A stretch of 51,063 nucleotides of DNA from Solirubrobacteraceae bacterium (GTDB lineage: Bacteria; Actinomycetota; Thermoleophilia; Solirubrobacterales; Solirubrobacteraceae): positions 1 through 51,063 of the forward strand of contig JBOGYN010000302.1 in NCBI GenBank assembly GCA_050696855.1, written 5' to 3'. Position 1 is the stretch's first letter; every line of letters starts with the position of its first letter. The position numbers and the translations under genes are program-made. Below the pieces are notes generated by a model that was not told the DNA's origin, did not search any database, and saw nothing but the letters and a program-made list of their open reading frames with translations. Below, piece by piece: positions 47,115-51,063 of the stretch.

Positions 47115-47579
47115 ATGGATGTCCTGGTACTCATAGACAAGCTGGACGACTTAGTCCACAACGCCAAGCCGGTCCCACTGACCGACCAGGTGCGCGTGGA
47201 CAAAGAGGAGATCTACGACATCCTCGATCAGATGCGGGCCACGATCCCCGAGGAGATCAAACAGGCCCGGTGGATCGTCAAGGAGCGTCAGGAGATGCTC
47301 GCCGAGGCCAAGCGTGAGGCGGAGCGGATCGTCAAGGAGGCGCGCGAGCGCCAGGAGCGGCTGGTCTCCGACGAGGAGATCACCAAGCAGGCCGAACGGG
47401 CCGCCGAGGACATCATCGAAGATGCCCGGGCCCGCGAGCGCGAGATCCGGCTCGGGGCCGAGGACTACGCCGACGAGATCCTCAACACGCTCGAGGTCAA
47501 CCTTTCGAAGTTCATCGCCGCTGTCCAGCGCGGACGCGATCGGCTCGCTGGAAAAGACGAGCCGGCCGAAGTCTCCTAG
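47115..47579 (+). CDS. Coiled-coil protein, SepIVA/DivIVA-related (often labelled ATP synthase subunit B-like)
   Basis: Charged coiled coil (IPEEIKQARWIVKERQEMLAEAKREAERIV); usual position after coaD. Confidence 0.7.
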   Translation: MDVLVLIDKLDDLVHNAKPVPLTDQVRVDKEEIYDILDQMRATIPEEIKQARWIVKERQEMLAEAKREAERIVKEARERQERLVSDEEITKQAERAAEDIIEDARAREREIRLGAEDYADEILNTLEVNLSKFIAAVQRGRDRLAGKDEPAEVS

Positions 47580-47618
47580 CGGCTTGCCCGCCCGGCCGCG
47601 GCTCGAGTCCCGGCCAAC

Positions 47619-48143
47619 ATGAGCATTTCGATCGAGGTAGTGGACGCGGACATCACCGCCTTGGACGTGGACGCGATCGCCAATGCGGCCAACACCGAGC
47701 TCTTGCACGGTGGAGGTGTGGCGGGAGCGATCTCGCGGGCAGGCGGGGAGAGTGTGGATCGGGAGAGCGAGGCGGTGGCACCGATTGGGCTCGGGGAGGC
47801 GGTCGAGACCTCGGGCGGGAAGATGCCGTGCCGGTGGGTCATTCACGCCGCGACCATGCAGCTGGGTGGGCCGACCTCGGCCGAGATCATCGATCGGGCG
47901 ACGGCGAGCACGTTGGCCGTGGCTGAGCGCCTCGGGGTGCGCTCGCTGGCCCTGGTTGCGTTCGGGACCGGGGTCGGGGGCTTTCCGGTCGCGGAGGCGG
48001 CGCGGATCGAGGCCGAGGCGCTGGCGCGTCATCTCGAGAGCGGGTCAGGGCTTGAGCGCGTGGTGTTCGCGGTTCGCGGTGAGGCTGCCCGGGCTGCGTT
48101 CGCGGCCGCGCTGGCGTCAGCCGGTCCGCCCTCCGCTGTTTAG
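47619..48143 (+). CDS. Macrodomain protein (ADP-ribose / O-acetyl-ADP-ribose hydrolase)
   Basis: ADIT, NAAN..L.HGGGVAGAI, VIHA, AFGTGVGG. Confidence 0.93.
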   Translation: MSISIEVVDADITALDVDAIANAANTELLHGGGVAGAISRAGGESVDRESEAVAPIGLGEAVETSGGKMPCRWVIHAATMQLGGPTSAEIIDRATASTLAVAERLGVRSLALVAFGTGVGGFPVAEAARIEAEALARHLESGSGLERVVFAVRGEAARAAFAAALASAGPPSAV

Positions 48144-48153
48144 CCGCCCCGGC

Positions 48154-48441
48154 CTAGCGAACCTCGAAACGGCGGAGCGACTCCCCAGAGCCGACTGACT
48201 CGTCAATCACGTCGACGTCGCGCACGTCGGCATGGGAGGGACCCTCCGAGGCGAAGTCGATCACCGCCTGCACCGACTCGGGTGTGCCCTCGAGGAGAGC
48301 CTCTACCGTCCCGTCCTCGCGGTTGCGAACCCAGCCCGCGACACCGTGGCGCTCGGCGAACTCGCGCGTTGAGTCACGGAAGAAAACTCCCTGCACACGG
48401 CCGTGAGCCACGATGCGGCGGCGGATCTTGGCATCGGTCAT
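48154..48441 (-). CDS. acyP: Acylphosphatase
   Basis: GRVQGVFFR and [12 protein letters not shown] signatures. Confidence 0.95.
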   Translation of the reverse strand: MTDAKIRRRIVAHGRVQGVFFRDSTREFAERHGVAGWVRNREDGTVEALLEGTPESVQAVIDFASEGPSHADVRDVDVIDESVGSGESLRRFEVR

Positions 48442-48501
48442 GTCGGTGATTCTGCCGGGTAGCGGTTACGTCCGGTGCGCGCGCCACGCTGTGAGGCCGT
48501 C

Positions 48502-49848
48502 ATGAATGCTCTCTGGTTACTTCTCGGACTCATCGTCGGCGCCGGCGCGGTACTCGCCGTGGTCCGGGTACGCCTGCGCGCCCTGAGCACCGAGGCCGTG
48601 CGGGCGGTCGAACTCGATCGGGCTCTGATCAAGGCGCAGGCCGATCTGCAGCACGAGCGGTCGCTCTCCGCGGAGCGCCTGACCACCCTCGGTGACGCCC
48701 AGGAGCGGCTGTCAGCGTCGTTCAAGGCGCTCAGCGCCGAGGCGCTGCAGTCGAGCCTGGCCCAGCTGGCCGAGCTGTCCAAGGCCCAGATCCAGACCGC
48801 GCAGGCCCACGCCACCGGCGATCTGGAGAAACGCCAGGCCGCGGTCGAGTCCCTGGTCGCACCGCTCCGTGAGCAGCTTGGCCGGGTCGATAGCCAGTTG
48901 ACGCGCCTGGACCAGGAGCGTCGCGAATCCCGCGGACGGCTCGAGTCACAGCTCAAGACGCTGAGCGAGACCGGCCAGCGCCTGCGCGACGAAACGGGCG
49001 CCCTGGTGACCGCCCTGCGCAAGCCCAACGCGCGCGGGCAATGGGGCCAGATGCAGCTGCGCAACGTCGTCGAGCTGGCCGGGATGCTGCGTCACTGCGA
49101 CTTCGCCGAGCAGTCGTCGATGAGTGGCGACGAAGTGACGCTGCGCCCTGACCTGATCGTCAGCCTGCCGGGCGGTAAGAAGGTGGTCGTCGACGCCAAG
49201 GCGCCGCTGCAGGGTGTGCTCGACGCCTATCAGGCGCGCGACGAAGCGCAGCGCGAGCAGCACCTGCGAGACCACGCCCGCCTGCTCCGCAAGCACGTCA
49301 AGTCGCTGGCCGACAAGGCGTACTGGGATGGGCTGGAGACCGCCCCCGACTTCGTCGTCATGTTCCTGCCCGGCGAGCATCTGTACGGCGCCGCGCTGGA
49401 AGTCGACCCCTCGTTGATCGAGGACGCGATGACCCGCCGGGTGCTGATCGCCACCCCGACGACGCTTCTGGCGATCCTGTGGGCGGTCGCCTACGGATGG
49501 CAGCAGGAGCGGGTCGCCGAATCCGCCCAAGCCATTTCCGACCTCGGGCGCGAGCTCCACACGCGGCTGGTCAAGCTCTCCAATCTGGTCGCGACGCTCG
49601 GCAACCGCCTGAACAGCACCGTCCGGGCCTACAACGACACCGTCGGCTCCTACGAGGCCCGGGTTCTGCCCGCGGCCCGGCGCTTTGCCGACCACGGTGC
49701 CGTCGCCGACGGCCGCGAGCTACCCCAGCTCGAGCCGGTGACCACCAGCGCACGCACCGTCCACGCTGATGAACTGACCCTCGAGCTCGGTCTCGACCAC
49801 CCGAGCGGCGACGAAGTCAACGCCCGCCGCCTCCGCGCCGCCGAGTAG
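48502..49848 (+). CDS. rmuC: DNA recombination protein RmuC
   Basis: N-terminal TM and coiled coil, RGQWGQMQL, RPDLIVSLPG, VDAK, DFVVMFLPGE, ATPTTL. Confidence 0.93.
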   Translation: MNALWLLLGLIVGAGAVLAVVRVRLRALSTEAVRAVELDRALIKAQADLQHERSLSAERLTTLGDAQERLSASFKALSAEALQSSLAQLAELSKAQIQTAQAHATGDLEKRQAAVESLVAPLREQLGRVDSQLTRLDQERRESRGRLESQLKTLSETGQRLRDETGALVTALRKPNARGQWGQMQLRNVVELAGMLRHCDFAEQSSMSGDEVTLRPDLIVSLPGGKKVVVDAKAPLQGVLDAYQARDEAQREQHLRDHARLLRKHVKSLADKAYWDGLETAPDFVVMFLPGEHLYGAALEVDPSLIEDAMTRRVLIATPTTLLAILWAVAYGWQQERVAESAQAISDLGRELHTRLVKLSNLVATLGNRLNSTVRAYNDTVGSYEARVLPAARRFADHGAVADGRELPQLEPVTTSARTVHADELTLELGLDHPSGDEVNARRLRAAE

Positions 49849-49859
49849 TCGGCGGCCGT

Positions 49860-49920
49860 TCGCGACACGCCCGGCGTCACCCGGGACACGCCCGGCGTCA
49901 CCCGGGACACGCCCGGCGCC
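49860..49920 (+). repeat. 21-bp tandem repeat, about 3 copies (ccgggacacgcccggcgtcac)
   Basis: Copies at 49860 (degenerate), 49881 and 49902 (partial), with no spacers. Confidence 0.85.
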
Positions 49921-50025
49921 GCCCGACGCCGTTCGCCCGGACCCTTGCGGCATTTCATGCGTTATACGCCAGGAATCCCGCAAAAGTCCCTATCACCGAG
50001 AGCTTGGGTCCCGCGTGGGCCGGCG

Positions 50026-50535
50026 CTAGGAGATTTCGGGCGACACGGGCCCCGCCGAGCGATCGCGCCACCAGGCCAGCAGCTCTTCACGCTGATGGGG
50101 TAGCGGGTTCGCCGACGGCTTGCGCCGGCGGACCTGGGCGAGCGCGTCCTCGATCTCGATGCCGTCGGTGACCGCGATCACCCCCGCTGCGACGGCCGCC
50201 GAACGTTGCCAGCCGGCCCGGCAGTGCAGGTAGGCGAGCTGGCCGTCCTGGAGCCAGCTGCTGACCTCGGAGACAGCGGCCTCGAGCGCCTGCGCCGGGA
50301 GATGTCCGTAGTCGGCGAGCTTGAGCCGGGTCTCCTCGATCCCGGCCTCGGCCAGGGCGTGCTCGACCTCCTCGCGCTCTCCGGGGCCGTACTCCCGGTC
50401 CTCGACCAGGTTCAGGATCCGGTGGACGCCAAGGCGCTGGATCGTCCGGATGTCGTCGGTATCCAGGGGGTAGGCGCCGACGAGCAGGTCGTCGTGGACG
50501 TCGGCGAAACCGTAAGCCTCAAACCAATTGGACAT
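50026..50535 (-). CDS. Dual-specificity / tyrosine protein phosphatase family protein
   Basis: HCRAGWQRS (CX5R P-loop), LLVGAYP; start moved to MSNWFEAYGF. Confidence 0.88.
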   Translation of the reverse strand: MSNWFEAYGFADVHDDLLVGAYPLDTDDIRTIQRLGVHRILNLVEDREYGPGEREEVEHALAEAGIEETRLKLADYGHLPAQALEAAVSEVSSWLQDGQLAYLHCRAGWQRSAAVAAGVIAVTDGIEIEDALAQVRRRKPSANPLPHQREELLAWWRDRSAGPVSPEIS

Positions 50536-50607
50536 CGCCACCATGATCGCGGTTGGCGCGCGGGCGCGTCGACGCGAGCCGACGAGCAGGCGTGATTGGA
50601 TAGGCGG

Positions 50608-51063
50608 ATGTCGCCAGCGATCGCCGACGGCGTCCACATCGCCGGCACCTTCGCCCGGGCGGGGATGCTGGCACCCTCTCGACCCGACCGGACGCTGCGG
50701 GCGCTGGTGGGCCTGCACCGCTGGGGCCCTACCCTGGCCGCCGGCTACCTCGGGGCGGCCGCCCGCTATCCGGACGCCACCGCGATCATCGACGAGCTCG
50801 GCGTCACCTTCGCCGACATCGACCTGCGCACCAACGCGCTGGCCCGGGGGTTCGCCGGCCAAGGCGTCGGGGCCGGGCACGGGGTGGCGATCATGTGCCG
50901 CAACCACCGCCGGTTCGTCGAGGCGAGCATCGCCTGCTCAAAGCTCGGCGCCCACGCGGTCCTGGTCAACACCTCCTTCGCGGGCCCCCAGGTCACCGAG
51001 GTGGTGAGCCGTGAGGCCCCCACAGCGATCGTCTACGACGAGGAGTTCTCCGCGACCGTCAGC
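50608..51063 (+). CDS. Acyl-CoA synthetase / AMP-binding enzyme, N-terminal part cut by window end
   Basis: Manual translation MSPAIADG...YPDATAIIDELGVTFADIDLRTNALA...VAIMCRNHRRFVEASIACSKLGAHAVLVNTSF, open to the window end. Confidence 0.8.
   Translation, partial: MSPAIADGVHIAGTFARAGMLAPSRPDRTLRALVGLHRWGPTLAAGYLGAAARYPDATAIIDELGVTFADIDLRTNALARGFAGQGVGAGHGVAIMCRNHRRFVEASIACSKLGAHAVLVNTSFAGPQVTEVVSREAPTAIVYDEEFSATVS

Noticed and set aside
49860..49920. Possible CRISPR array
   Set aside because: Contiguous 21-bp tandem repeat without spacers.
47619..50535. Macrodomain, rmuC and phosphatase as an anti-phage defence island
   Set aside because: All are ordinary stand-alone families in mixed orientation, with no partner toxin, nuclease cassette or mobility gene.

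Overview
High-GC, mostly core chromosomal segment. Gene content and sequence style suggest an actinobacterium, possibly Thermoleophilia/Solirubrobacterales (inference). In order: 3' end of gcvPB, a PemK/MazF toxin-antitoxin pair, panE-like reductase, M20 peptidase, rhomboid, trpS-scpA-scpB, MarR + ClC transporter, AlkZ-like glycosylase-rlmN, rluB, two GT-C-like membrane proteins, an aromatic amino acid cluster (aroH-hisC-leader-aroF-aroG-tyrA-aroA-cmk), der, priA-def-fmt-rsmB-rpe, a surface-glycosylation cluster coupled to ribD-ribE-ribBA-ribH, a Ser/Thr kinase, rpmB-DAK2-recG-rsmD-coaD-sepIVA-like, macrodomain, acylphosphatase, rmuC, a dual-specificity phosphatase and the start of an acyl-CoA ligase. 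No CRISPR array, rRNA, tRNA or transposase was seen. The best lead is a 30-aa leader peptide missing from the ORF track (16060..16152, MNEPARTATRSTDAAFGWSFYARFYAWRFS). It clusters Phe, Tyr and Trp codons and is followed by a switchable RNA structure, directly upstream of two tandem DAHP synthases, the first of which appears to have lost most of its allosteric ACT-like domain. This looks like a three-amino-acid ribosome-mediated attenuator. All assignments come from reading motifs by eye; no database searches or folding programs were run.
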